From the human T2T-CHM13v2.0 reference genome, Homo sapiens, in assembly GCF_009914755.1 (NCBI RefSeq), contig NC_060927.1: a stretch of 64,000 bases of DNA. The stretch is one strand, 5' to 3'. This document shows positions 50,910-64,000 of the stretch, piece by piece. The position numbers and the translations under genes are program-made. Positions within the stretch are counted from its first letter, which is position 1, and every line of letters starts with the position of its first letter. The notes under the pieces were generated by a model, which was given only the letters and a program-made list of their open reading frames with translations, was not told the origin of the DNA and ran no database searches.

Positions 50910-52588
50910 CATCAAATACCTATGAGTTGGGTGATCCTCTCCTCTTGAGGTTCCAAGATAAACCTGGGGCTCCTGGGCCTGTCAGAAAGTGACATTCTTC
51001 ACTTACTACAAGTCAGGAACCCTGTACGGGGGCTGTATAGACAAAGGTATGAGGCCAGTTTTCTAAGGGGCTTTTATTGCTCTATAAGTCAAGTTTGATT
51101 CCTTAAAGGAAATCATACCAAAAGCCTTGGTAAAATAATCAGTTTTTCCAATTGTGTCCTTTTACAAATGAAAACAGATTATTATTGCACTTGTGCAAAT
51201 AATGGTATTGTCATAAGTTAAGAATATGCACAAATACTTTCCAAATTCTGTAGAAATCAGGTAGAAAGAAGAAAAATATGCTCCAAATTTTGGTCATAGG
51301 AGTAGACTTTACCCAACTGTTAAAAGCTGTAAATAGCATAAACAAAAGTCTTCTTGATCCGAAAAACAAAACAAAGGATCAGCAACATGTTAAGCAGAAA
51401 GCTAAAAAGATTACTTTAGTCTTCTATTAGTTCAGTTTGCACAGTTCACTCCTATTCTGCTTGATATTCATGAATATTTTAGCTTTCCATGAGAGTCCTG
51501 AAAGTTGTTCCTCTATTCTAATGTCATAGTCTCCAAAGATATCAGAAACCTTCATTTAAGAACACCTGTTAGAGTTCTATGGCTGATTATAAAACCACCT
51601 TCTAAAGAGGACCAAAACAAGACAACAATTGTCCATGGATGACAAAATGTTTTAGGGCAGCCATAATCAAAGACACAATTGACAAGGAAATTTGTTTCTC
51701 TGAGGCAAACAATAATTTAACAATTAAAATTATTACTGATAATATACACTAAGTAATATCAGAATTATAGGAGGTTCTCATGATTTTGAAACACATACCA
51801 ATAACATATTTATACAAATACAGCCCAAAGAAAACCAAACACCATTTCATATTTGACAATGCTTCCTATACAATTTTTATACCAAATATGCCAAATTTTG
51901 TCATTTTTGGACTTTAGGGAAGCTAATACCTTAAAGGACCAATAAGGTCAGAAAAAAGACATAATTTGTCATTTGGTTTTGGAAAGTTTGTCAAATATCA
52001 AATGTTTAAAATACTTGATATCATAGGTCATTGTAAAAGAAGTCATTCATTTGACCAAAGTGATAACTCAAGAATTTCAAAAAAAAGGCAAGGATCTTCA
52101 TTATCTGGGAGAGGAGACTTAATTTTCAAAACAATAAGCCCTAATAAAACAGTATGAAGCCAACTAAATTTTTTTTCAAAATTTTATAAACAGTCTATAA
52201 AAGTTTAATCTTGACCATAAGATATAATTTTCATAAGCCTTTTATAACCTTTGTAACCTTTACTAAGGAGTCAGTTAACGCTTCAAGAAAACCTTGTTAA
52301 TCACACACAGGCATCAGTGTGCCTTTGACATTAATGATTAACTTATAGAGAAACTGAACTATTTTGTCTCTCAAAATGGGCCCTTACAATCTCACAGGCC
52401 CACCTCTTCCATGATAGGCCTGGGGCCTTGAGGAATTGAATAGCTTTCATTTCCGGCTCTGTGTTTCAGAAATGCAGTTTATTTTGATGGCATCTTCTAC
52501 AGGGCCTGAAGATGGGGCTTTAATTACTGTCAGTGTTTAAAATTTAGTGGATTTGGTGTCCTTTTTAGACCCAGGAGTCAGAGCCCTA

Positions 52589-52891
<303 letters not shown>

Positions 52892-54181
52892 TCAACTCAG
52901 TTTTTTTCCTAACAAATCAAAACTTAATAATAATATGACAAGTTGATCATATAAAAGTTTTTGGGGCTTTGGGGGTATTTTAATCCTCTCATTGTGACTT
53001 ACATAGACCATGCTTCGACTTTCTGGTTTGTCCTGAACATCCTCCTTTCTTAAACAACCAGTCATTTTACTCTAGGACTAAATTTACCATACAAGATTCT
53101 TCTCATATAAAATTATTTCTCTTTAAGCTTTCTTACAAAAAAAAACCTACCTCTTTATTTTTATAACTTTCTTTACATCTCCTTTATTTCCTGGTTCCTT
53201 TTACCTTGTTTTATACAAGACCTCTAAATAAGCTTTGAATAAGACAAAAATTGTTCACCTTTTTAAAGGGCACACTTTTTTCTTAGAAAGAATGTTTTTC
53301 TACAAATACAGTTTTATTGGAAAATACTTAATGAAATATCTATTATTTAATTTAATATAACTTTCTAAATTAAACCTTCAGATTATAAAGATTTGACCTA
53401 CCTGACTGTATCTTGCTTTTAACCTCCAAGCTGTCCTTGCTCATTCCTGGGTGTAAGCCGAACTAACTTTGGGAAGAACCTGGTTTATAGTTTAGCTTTG
53501 AAACAAAGACAATAACAAACTTTATTGCCTGTGAACTAGACCGCCTAAAACCACAAGATTAGAAGTTATAGTAATCTTACTAAATTTAAGATGTAACTAT
53601 TTTGATTAAATCAATACTCATGTCTTATTTATTAAAGATTATGAAAGTGGAGATCATTCTGTTTTGGGCTGGGTTAATAGTTTTGTAACCCCTATGCCAA
53701 GTTTTGACACCTTATAGTATTTAGGAGGAATAAGTATGAAAATGCTTGATTAATAAATGCCAACAAAAACGTACGCTGGCAAATTGTTAAGACATTTCTA
53801 ATATTATTTTACCAATAATTTTAAAGCCAACTTATTTATTAAAGATTTTACTTAACTCACTTGAACTTGAAAAAGCATTTAACTAGTCTTTGTTCTTTAG
53901 TATCTGATTTAAGCACTTTTATTTTTTAATCCAATTAATCAGAGCTCGTTTATATATTTTTAATAGTGAAATATTGTGTACACAACAAATAAATATATAG
54001 ATGTATTAGGCATGCTGATAGAAGTACATCTTATAGATTCATAAAGACCTCCTTTTTTTCCTTTTTTTTTTTTAAGCTCACCCTGGGCAGTTGTCAGCTA
54101 AATAGCCTTAAATTTGCATTTTAGAGGAAACAACTCAGGTGAAAATCAGATAACAAAATTTACATCATAAGGTATGAAGAG

Positions 54182-54471
54182 GGCCCAGTGGGCCAGCAAA
54201 CTCCTGTAATCCCAGCACTGTGGGAGGCCGAGGCAGTTGGATCACTTGAGGTCAGGAGTTTGAGACCAGCCTGGTCAACATGGTGAAACCCTGTCTCCAC
54301 TAAAAGTACAAAAATTAGCCAGGTGTGCTGGTGCGCTTGTAATCCCAGCTACTCGAGAGGCTGAGGCAAGAGAATCGCTTGAACCCAGGAGGCAGAGATT
54401 TCAGTGAGCTGAGATGGCACCACTGCACTCCAGCCTGGGCAACAGAGTGAGACTCTGACTCAAAAAAAAAA
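54182..54471 (+). mobile_element. AluS in MER4-int
   Basis: Dimeric Alu with a degraded 5' start. Confidence 0.9.
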
Positions 54472-54580
54472 GAGTGTAAGAAGAGAAAGCCTGGTGAGCT
54501 GGAGGGAAATTAAAATGGATTTAATTGCCGATTGAACATAACATTATAGAAGTCTATTATAAAGGCCTTCAAATATATAC

Positions 54581-54624
54581 AAACACACATATACAGACAC
54601 ACACACACACACACACACACACAC
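54581..54624. repeat. (CA)n microsatellite
   Basis: Seen directly in the sequence. Confidence 0.95.
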
Positions 54625-55151
54625 AGCTTCTACAGCTTTTACTTCAGTACTTTAGCCATGAGATAAATACAAATTTGCCAGCTCGCAAAAAACAAACAAA
54701 CAAAACCTGTTAGATCCAAACAGTGGTTTTTATCTCAGCAGAAACATAACAGCAGATTTAAAGCAGGCAGAAAAGAAAATACAGAAAAAGGGGACCTGGG
54801 AACTCTATAGTTTACAGGTCCACCTTAGGGCTCTTTTTCCTTAATCTAAATGTGCACAAAGACTGTATTACTTCCATTTTACTCTGGCAAGTAAAGGTGC
54901 CGTAAAACCTATGGAGTGCACAAAAGTGGGTCATTCTCCTTGTTTTCTCCTCATTCTTAGATTGTTTCCTGGTTTTATGTATATATTTATTTATTTATTT
55001 ATTTTCTTAAAAGGAGGAACTGAGCTGTGGCCTAGGGTTTTTGGGTGATGCATCAGTGTGTGCTGCTTGTGGGCAGGACTCCTCAGTGTGTCACCACTGA
55101 GTCGTTTCCACCCTCTTACGTGTCTCAGTTTCTCTCTCCAGAGGTCTATGA

Positions 55152-55526
<375 letters not shown>

Positions 55527-55724
55527 AGGACAGCAATTCTTTTAGCCTCAAGGCATCTTCTGAGCTTTGTCTTTGATGGAGCCGGTCTCTTTGGGCACTA
55601 GTATCATTATCCTATGTTTGGCTCCTAGGGTTATCCTTTAAAAAAATATGTCTTTTCCTAGCACCTAACAGAGTGCCAAGTACAACATAGAAGGCCTTCA
55701 GGCTTTCATAATACTGTTTAACTA

Positions 55725-55950
55725 ATACTTTTTCCCACTTTACTGAGGTATAATAGACAAATAAAATTGTACATATTTAAGTTGTATAGTATGATGCTTT
55801 GATGTACATATGCATTGTGAAATTATTGCCAAAATTAAGTTAGTTAACACATCCCTCACCTCACATAGTTACCTTTTGTGTATGTGGTAAAAACAAAGGT
55901 CTGCTCTCTTATTAAATTTCAAATTTACAATACAGTATTATTAACTTCAT
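55725..55950 (-). mobile_element. L1MA-type 3' end fragment
   Basis: 'tttactgaggtataatagacaaataaaattgt...cattgtgaaat...cacctcacatagttacc'. Confidence 0.85.
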
Positions 55951-56158
55951 TAACAATTATCAAATTAAATAAATGAGTCCTGTTGCTGTCACCCAGGAGA
56001 TGGCACTCTTAAGAGACAGCTCAGTGATGGATCAATGGCTGATAGTTGAGGCATCTGCTTTTATTATTATTGTTTTTGATTCATATGGGAAGCCAATGTT
56101 TTCTTTACCTGTTAATGCCCTTTTAATATGGATGGTCTTTCCTAATCAGCAGTCTATG

Positions 56159-56635
56159 TGTAGCAGGACAAGCCGCAGACAAAACATCTCAGACACCGAG
56201 TTGTAGAAAGAAGGGCTTTATTCAGCTGGGAGCATTGGCAAGCTACTGCCTTAAAATCCGAGCTCCCCAAATGCACAATTTCTGTCTCTTTTAAGGGCTC
56301 ACAACACTAAAGGTTTTACATGAAAGGGTCGTGACTGATTTGAGCAAGCAGGCAGTGACAGGGGCTGCATGCCCCGGTGGTCAGAGAGAAACAGAACAGG
56401 GCAGGGAGTTTCACAGTGTTCTTCCACACAATGTCTGGAATCTATGAATAACATCGGTTTGTAAGTTATGAGTTGATTTTTAACTACTGGGTTTAGGCCA
56501 GGCAGGCCCAGGCCTGGTTTTGGGCCTGACGCCGGGCTGCCTGTCTTTGGTTTTACTTCCTTGTTGTTTTTTCTTAAAACAGGTACTGAGTATAAAACAA
56601 TATAAAATAATATGAGAGGTCTCTCTCTTCCCTCA
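56159..56635 (-). mobile_element. LTR15-like solo LTR (ERV1)
   Basis: Reverse complement starts TGAGGGAAGAGAGAGACC; TG...CA termini; 4-bp TSD TATG at 56155-58 and 56636-39. Confidence 0.85.
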
Positions 56636-56789
56636 TATGGGCATCTTTCCAAACATCAGTTTAATTCTCCTGAGAAAGGCTGCCTCTTTCTGTGAATTCC
56701 CCAAAGTGAATTTCATATGTACTACCGAGACCATACAATGTATCAGGACATCTATAATGAACATTTGTTGGGTTTACCACCTGTAATCA

Positions 56790-57330
56790 AGATCTCATCT
56801 TGTGGTTACAGAACTCTGATTTTGTTTTGGGGGATTCCCTTCTCCTACCTTTCTATATGTATAAAGTTGATTTCATACCTGGCTCTGGGAGTGCACTTTT
56901 GGCCAAATCCTCATTCTAACAATACATTTTATTAATCGCTATTTGTTCTGGCCACAGTTTGATTCCAGAATGGACACAGGATCCAAGTCTGTGAAATCAA
57001 GATCTGTGAGATTCTATTCTAAGACTTTCTTAGAACTTTCTGAGACAAGGACTTTCCCTTTTCTCCTGGGTGTGGAGTTTTAAAGATAAGTGTTCTAGAG
57101 CTGCTGCAGTCATCTTGCAACTACAAGGACAGAGCATAACTAAGAATGGATCCTAATTAGAGGTGAACAAAAGTAGACCTAAAGAAAACAAAAGTAGGAC
57201 CTAAAGAAAAATTGTCTAGGTCCTGATAACAGATATATATAAGCTTCTCATCCAGCTGCTCCAAAAGCTAAATATTCAGATTTTTTAGTTATATAGGCTC
57301 ATACATTTACTTATTGCTTGATCAGTTCAC
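56790..57330 (+). mobile_element. Old MaLR LTR (MLT1K/L-like)
   Basis: 'agagctgctgcagtcatcttgcaac...gtcctgataaca...atccagctgctcc...ttttttagttat'; contains a 21/22-bp local duplication at ~57166-57210. Confidence 0.5.
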
Positions 57331-58779
57331 CATCTTAAACATAACTTCCAACCTGGTTAATACTTGTCCAGCTATTACCAAATGTAAACAAGCATGAACA
57401 AATGAGAGACAGAAAATTAATGTTGGTGATATAGATTATAAGTAATGAGGAGTGTTCAGATATCGAGATAAAACATGCTTGTATCAGTCATTTCTTTAGT
57501 ACTTAAGATAGGTTTTACAACATTTGAGATATGGCAGATATCTCAAAATATGAGGTGTCCATAAAGTGTGCAAACAGATACATATAACAAACTGTTGATA
57601 TTACATTACAGTTGAGTAAAATAACATTGTTTCACATTATATAGACAACACTATCAGACTTAAATCCCTCTAAAAATCTAGGTGGGAATTCTAAGACTAA
57701 TTACTTTGCAACGATATTGAAAAATACTTGGGTATGTACTAGGCAGGAAAATACCTACTGCATACAAAGTATTGTTTTGGTGATTTAAAAGATAGACAAA
57801 GGAAATAAAGAGAGAAAGAGAGAGGGAGAGAACGAGAGAGAGAAGGAGGGAAGGAAGAAAGGAAGAAGAAATATTTTGTATTTACTCTGTGCCAGAGTTC
57901 TGAGAACATGGAGTCAAAAAAAAAAAAAGAAAACAAAAAAACAAAAAAAAATACAACTCACTGTTCCTACCCTCAAGGAACTCAGTGAGGTATAAAAGAT
58001 GAACATATAAACAACAAAATTAAATATAATATATAGGTTAGGTTAGTGAAATGCAGGTATATGAGCCAGATATTATAAGAACAGAGAAGCACATCAAGTC
58101 GGTTTTTGAGGGAGAAAGCTTACCAGCACAGACTGACAGATGCACAGCTGCAAGGACACCAGACAGGGGAGATAGTTTCCAAACAAGTGGAAAATAGGGC
58201 AGACATCTCTTGAGGGAGGAAGACAACAAGAGACTTCAGAAGGGGTGGATCCAACAAAATCCAGTTTCCTCTCAAACTTACTTACCACGTCAGACATTCC
58301 TCCTTTGGAGAGACTACTTGAGGAGTGACAAAGGCCATAAAACGTCGGGCACAGGTAATGTTTTTTGTTCTCTTTATGGTTCTGGCTTAATGATTAAGCC
58401 TAAGGGCAACCAGAGGTGCGGAATCTCTCTTGGGAAGGATCAGATAATAAATTTATATATTTTATATATAATATATAAATATTTATTTTATGAGGACATA
58501 ATATATTTTATGAGGGCAATCTTATTTCTACCTTCATGAAATTGCTTCCTCCAAATTCTAACCACACTTCAAAGTGAGGGAAAATAAATAGGTAGATAAG
58601 TTAAATATTAGTGATGTCTTTACGACCATACTCAATACAAGGCAATATCTGCCAATCCAACCATTTATCAATACAAAACAAATATTTTATCTCATTTGCC
58701 CAAATCTGTCTGCCTCTCAATTGAATCCAGACTTGAGAGCTGAGAAAATGAGTATTTAATATCATCTTAAAATCCCAAT

Positions 58780-59600
58780 AGGAACATTTCAAATGGGGAG
58801 TGACATATGGTAGGTTACATTTTTCAAAGATTGTTCTGGCTAGTGAAGAATGTATATTAAGTGGTCAAAAGGAGAGTAAGGAGGGTTGGAAAACTGCTTC
58901 CACAGCAGGATGAAAGTATAGTGGCTTGGGCAAGGGGGATAGTAAAGGAGATGGCGAGGACTGGGTAAAAAGGATACATTCTTGAAGACAGTACTAGCTG
59001 ATGCATTTAAAGTGCAGAAAGAGTAAGAGAGAAGTCATGGATAATTCCTAGGTTTTTGACATAACTAAATGGATGAGTGTTATTTACTTAAACAGAAAAC
59101 ACAGCAGAAGTGGGCTTGAAAAAGGAAGGAAATTAAGAACTTTGTGTTAAATACGACAAGTTTGAGATTTACGTAAGTCAGACATCTTGGTGAAGATAAT
59201 CGGGTACAAAGCTGGTTCTGTTCGTCTAAACACAGATTTAGATGTGCACTAGAGATATATGGGGTTTGGTAACAGGTTTCAGGCATCCACAAGGAGTCTT
59301 TGAACGCATCCCTCACCAATAAGGCATAACTGCTGTATAAGCTGGGGAGTCACTGGCATATGAAGAGTATACCTTTAGAAGGACAACTCATAAGCTATAA
59401 ATCTAAGTCTCAGAATGTAGGAATAATGTGCACATTCAACACTTAAAGTCATTTCATGTGGAACAACACAAATGAAAAGATTTTCAGACGTTGTTTCTTT
59501 AAGAGAAGTTAGAATTTTTATCTCTCTAAACCTGTGATTCAGAGTATTTTTTGACAATATAATGACACTAGGAGGGGTTTTGAGCATTGCAATTGAGGAT
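58780..59600 (-). mobile_element. L2 fragments with an embedded Tigger7/MER44-like end (~59255-59337)
   Basis: L2-like 'ggggagtgacat...ttttcaaagattgttctggc...gataattcctaggttttt'; insert 'ggtttcaggcatccac...gtctttgaacgcatcc'. Confidence 0.55.
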
Positions 59601-59831
59601 GAGATTAAAGGCAAGCATAGGTTGATATTTTAGACAGAAGGAAACACACACAGCTATATATGGTACATAATTGGCACTGTCTTACACATTCAATCATATT
59701 CACCTCTGCCTAGTCCAGACAGTACAAATGTCCTCAACCACCTAGCTGAGATAGCTTAGCTTCACAGAGAACAAACATCACTAAACCTACATGTGGTTGT
59801 CACATGAATTGTGCTATTGTATTCTTGTTTC

Positions 59832-60110
<279 letters not shown>

Positions 60111-61269
60111 AATTGTATTCTTGTTTCTAATTTAGGATTTAAGTGTCTGTAACAAATGCTGAAGGGTGATTTTGATTTTAGGAATGAACAGCTAAAAATA
60201 ACTAGCTGAAATTCATGTTGTCTAAAGGGCCTCTAATCTCATGAACCTGTGGGTAAAAACATGGTAACATTAACCTTGATAATCTAAATTTTGCCAATTG
60301 TTCATCTCCCCATGCCTGACTTGGAACTTGGTCAGACCCTGCCTCCCTGACCCCCAGTCAAGATTTCTTCTAATTTCTTGAAGCATATCTAGAAGGTTTC
60401 CCAGGTATTCTTTGAGGTTGATATATCTCATGCCTGAGATCCACCTGTAATAAATACCTCCACATGACCATGTTTGCCAATACTGACTATGAGAAGAGCG
60501 CCTTCCTATCTAAAGTGCTGCTGTGTCCTGCTGCTCCCAAAGCTGCAAAGTTTTGGGGTATTAAACTAATCCCCACATGCTTCAGTCTCTTTGCAATGCC
60601 TAAGCCAGGCAGCAGTGCCCACAGAATCAGTGCTGTATTTCAAATACTTCAACTCACTGGAACTTCCAAGCATATGATGACCTCATGCCTCGGGATCTAA
60701 TTCTAGAGCCTTCTGAAGCTATTCCTGGGGCACAGTGACATTTCCTCTGTTACTGCCATTCTCACAAAGGAATGCAGAGCAAGACGTTTATATCCCCAAA
60801 GCAGGAGGACATGCCATGGTAGACACATTCAAGCATAGGCACAATCACATTTTTCTCTTCTTCTCCTATCCTCTCTTCTTTCCCTCGATTCTGAGGATGG
60901 CCCTTCTCCTTTCGACAGCTCACTCCTAGTCCCCATGTGTCTCTGTTCCCCTTATTCCTTTTCCTGGGTTTTATAGCAGTCTCTCTACTGGCTTCTTTTC
61001 CTCAGGCTCCAGACATGTCTAAGTCACCTTATAAAACAATTACTGTTTAACAATTATAGTTAAGCATATTTAATTTTATATAAAATAATATCAGATAAAA
61101 TTTAATAGAGCAATTATTTAAAAAACTAAACACTACATAAAATAAATTTAATTGTAAAAACATAATATTGAAATATTTGATTATCAAAAAAGGGTTGGTC
61201 ACATGTCAATGGATCACATGTCAATGATCAATTTTAAAATGGTCAATTTTAAAAATTTTACAGAATTAT

Positions 61270-63495
61270 TTTTAAAATAGCCTTCATCTTTTAGAACAGT
61301 TTTAGATTTACAGATAAATTGAGAAGACTGTACAGTGTTCTTATATATCCTGCATCCAGTTTCTCCTTTTATTTACATATTATTATGGTACATGATATAT
61401 GGGTGTTATGAACATTTTAACAATATTAATTCCTCCATCGAAGTATGTCTTTTCTAGAGAAATGTTTCTCTATTCAAGTCCTTTGCCCATTTTTTTACAC
61501 AGATTATTTGGTTTGTGCTATTGAGTTTTAGAAACTGCTTATATATTTTTTTAAAGTAGCCCCGTATCACATACATAACTTGCAAATATTTTCTCTCATT
61601 CTATAGGTTACTTTTCACTCTGTTGATTGTTTCATTTGTCATGCAGCTTTTTCATTTTATGTAGTTCTGTTTGTCTATTTCTGCTGTGTTGCCTGTGCTT
61701 TTGATGTCATATCTAAGAAACAATTGCCGAGGTCAACATCTAGAAGCTTTTGCTCTCTGTTTTCTTCTAGCAGTTCTGTGGTTTCAGATCTCATAGTCAG
61801 AACTTTGATTCGTTTTGAGTTGATTTTTGTGTATGATGAAAGATAAGGGTCCAACTTCATTTTTTTCAGATGTGGATGTAGTTTTACCAACAACATTTAT
61901 TAAAGAAACGAGCCTTTCCCAATTTTGTATTCTTGGCACTCATATCGAAAAATGCCCTTGGAATTTTGATAGAGATGGCATTGACTCTGTAGATAACTTT
62001 GGGTGTTATAAACATTTTAACAATATTAATCCTTCCATACCACGAACATAGATGTCTTTCAATTTATGTGTTTCCTCTTTCATTTCCTTTGTCAACATAT
62101 TATAATTTTCAGTGGACGTGTCTTTCACCATTTTGTTAAGTTTATTCCTGTGTATTTTATTTTTTCTGTTGCTAATTGTAAATGAGATTGTGTTCTTTCC
62201 TTTTTTCATTGTTTGTTGTTTGTAAATAGAAATGCTGCTAATTTTTGTATGTTGATTTTGTATCCTGCAACTGTACTGTACACTTGAGGAAGTGATTACT
62301 TCTTTAGACTTTGTAGATTGGTTTTGTCAGGGTCAGACCTTTTCCACATAGTTCAGCGTGGAGTTTTGGCTAAGCCAGCTGGTAGCATATAGGATCAGGC
62401 ATGTTGTGCCACCAGGGTCCCTGGTCAAGCAGGACCCACTGCCAGTGCTCTGTGGCTGAGTGGTGCCCACTGATTGTGCTCTGCTACCTGGCAGAATCAG
62501 CTGGCTGGGCACCATGGTCAGTTGGGGCTAGTTGGGGGAATGTCCGAAGTTGAGTATGGCTATCTAGGGGGATTTCTACAGTCAGACAAGGTCAGTGGCT
62601 GGGCTCCAAAGTCAGGTGGGACCAGTTGGAAGAGCCCTGTAGTTAGACAGGGACACTGGTGGAACTCTACAGTAAGAAGGGACATCTGGCTGGGCTCTGT
62701 GGTCTGACAGGGCTGCTCTCTGGGCTCTGCATTCAGGTGAGCAGGGCTTCTAGCTAGGCTCTGCATTCAGTTGGGGCTGCTGGTCATGCTCCCTGATTGA
62801 GCAGGGTGCTGGAAGTGCCCCCTGATCCGGCAGGGCTGCTGGCTGGGCTCCCTGGTATGAGAGGGCTACTGTCTGGACTCTCTGGTCAGGTAGAGCCACT
62901 GAGTGTGCTCCATCATTGGGTAGGGCCAGTTGGAGGACCTTCACACTTAGGCAGGGCTGGATGAGTGGACTCTGGTTGGGCGAGGCTGCCTGTTTGGGTA
63001 AGGCAACTGGTGGAAATATGGAGACTCCACAAAGATCTGCATACTGCTGCTGAAATTCCCACAACTCTTTTTCTTTGTTCATAACTCTCTCCTGTCAGTC
63101 TATCCAGGCCAATCCCCCGAGTATTCCATGTGAAGTGAAACTGATTTGGGGCTCTTCTGTATGTCTCTGATATGCTGGGGAAATTGAACAGCCACCTCAG
63201 TCTCCTTCTCTCCCACTGGAGAAGTTATAGGCCAAGGGGATCTTTCTTGGCATGGCTCTGTGCTGGCTTGCTGGAGGGGCAACACGGGCCAAAGTGAAAT
63301 CATTCCTCTTACCTCTTTTAATATAGCTTTTCTGTTTCTATGCTCTACTGGGTGCTGCAATTTTATCCCAGTGATCTAGACTTCTTACAAAGGCATTCTT
63401 GTCTATGAATAGTTACTAACTCTGTAAGAAGACTAGAGAATTTCTGTGAAGGGTCTTGGACTGGGGCCCTCTCATTCTGCCATTTTGCTGAAACC
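61270..63495 (-). mobile_element. Internally deleted old L1 (L1M): 3' end, ORF2 pieces and GC-rich 5' region
   Basis: ORF2-like peptides on minus (KLDPYLSSYTKINSK, ISFTISNRKNKI...ENYNMLTKEMKEE); from ~62280 a GC-rich L1M 5'-end-like sequence with degenerate repeats, ending 'ttctgccattttgctg'. Confidence 0.75.
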
Positions 63496-64000
63496 CATGT
63501 ATGTAGTGATTTTTTGTCAAAAAAAAGCAACTATCAAAAACTCTTTTTGGGGAAATAAGACATTTATAAGCTATTTTAATATTTTCCTCTGGTTAATTCA
63601 CCTTCTTGCTAGAGAAGTTTGAGAAGATCTTTTTGAAAGCTTTTATTTTTTTCAGTAATTACATTGAGAGCAAGCCATAGTGTGTGTGTGTTTTTCAAAG
63701 AAAATGTTTTTAGTTCCTTTATTTTCTAGAAACTGATTAACATCTGAATTAATTTCAACTTTGTCATGTTCATATTTCTCTTGTTTAGAAAGTTTTTAAA
63801 CCAGAGTAAGAATTTTTATGTTTATGATACCATTTGTATGGTCAATTGACTTTTGTTGTGTTTGTTTAGAGGAATTTTGGAAGTATAGAAGAATGTTTTA
63901 TAATAAATCAAATGTCTTATTAAACATTTTGGTGTAGTATATTAAGACATCTAAAGATGTTAATGGTTTTTTTTTAATCTTAATGTTATTATATCAAAAG

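Noticed and set aside
63850-63920. Acceptor-like tttgtttAG followed by a short frame (EEFWKY...) and AATAAA
   Set aside because: Weak signals in very AT-rich DNA at the window edge, with no independent support.

Overview
Primate (most probably human) AT-rich, repeat-dense genomic DNA. I found no intact protein-coding gene: nearly all track ORFs are short reads through Alu, L1, LTR or DNA-transposon sequence. The only real protein homology is the frameshifted pogo-type transposase of a full-length Tigger2 (36888-39578). The left part carries a candidate + strand terminal exon/3'UTR (~10590-11860) of a gene I cannot name. The rest looks intergenic, with ~18 Alus, old MIR/L2/L1M fragments, MaLR/ERVL LTRs and Tigger/hAT fossils. 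The most unusual structure lies in an ERV1-rich block (43.6-56.6 kb). A minus-strand MER4 provirus remnant there has been hit by three different HERV-H solo LTRs within 2.1 kb (LTR7 +, LTR7Y-like -, older LTR7C/o-like -). The first two form a convergent inverted pair 226 bp apart. Repeat family names were assigned from memory of consensus sequences and need Dfam/RepeatMasker confirmation; boundaries of old repeats are approximate.
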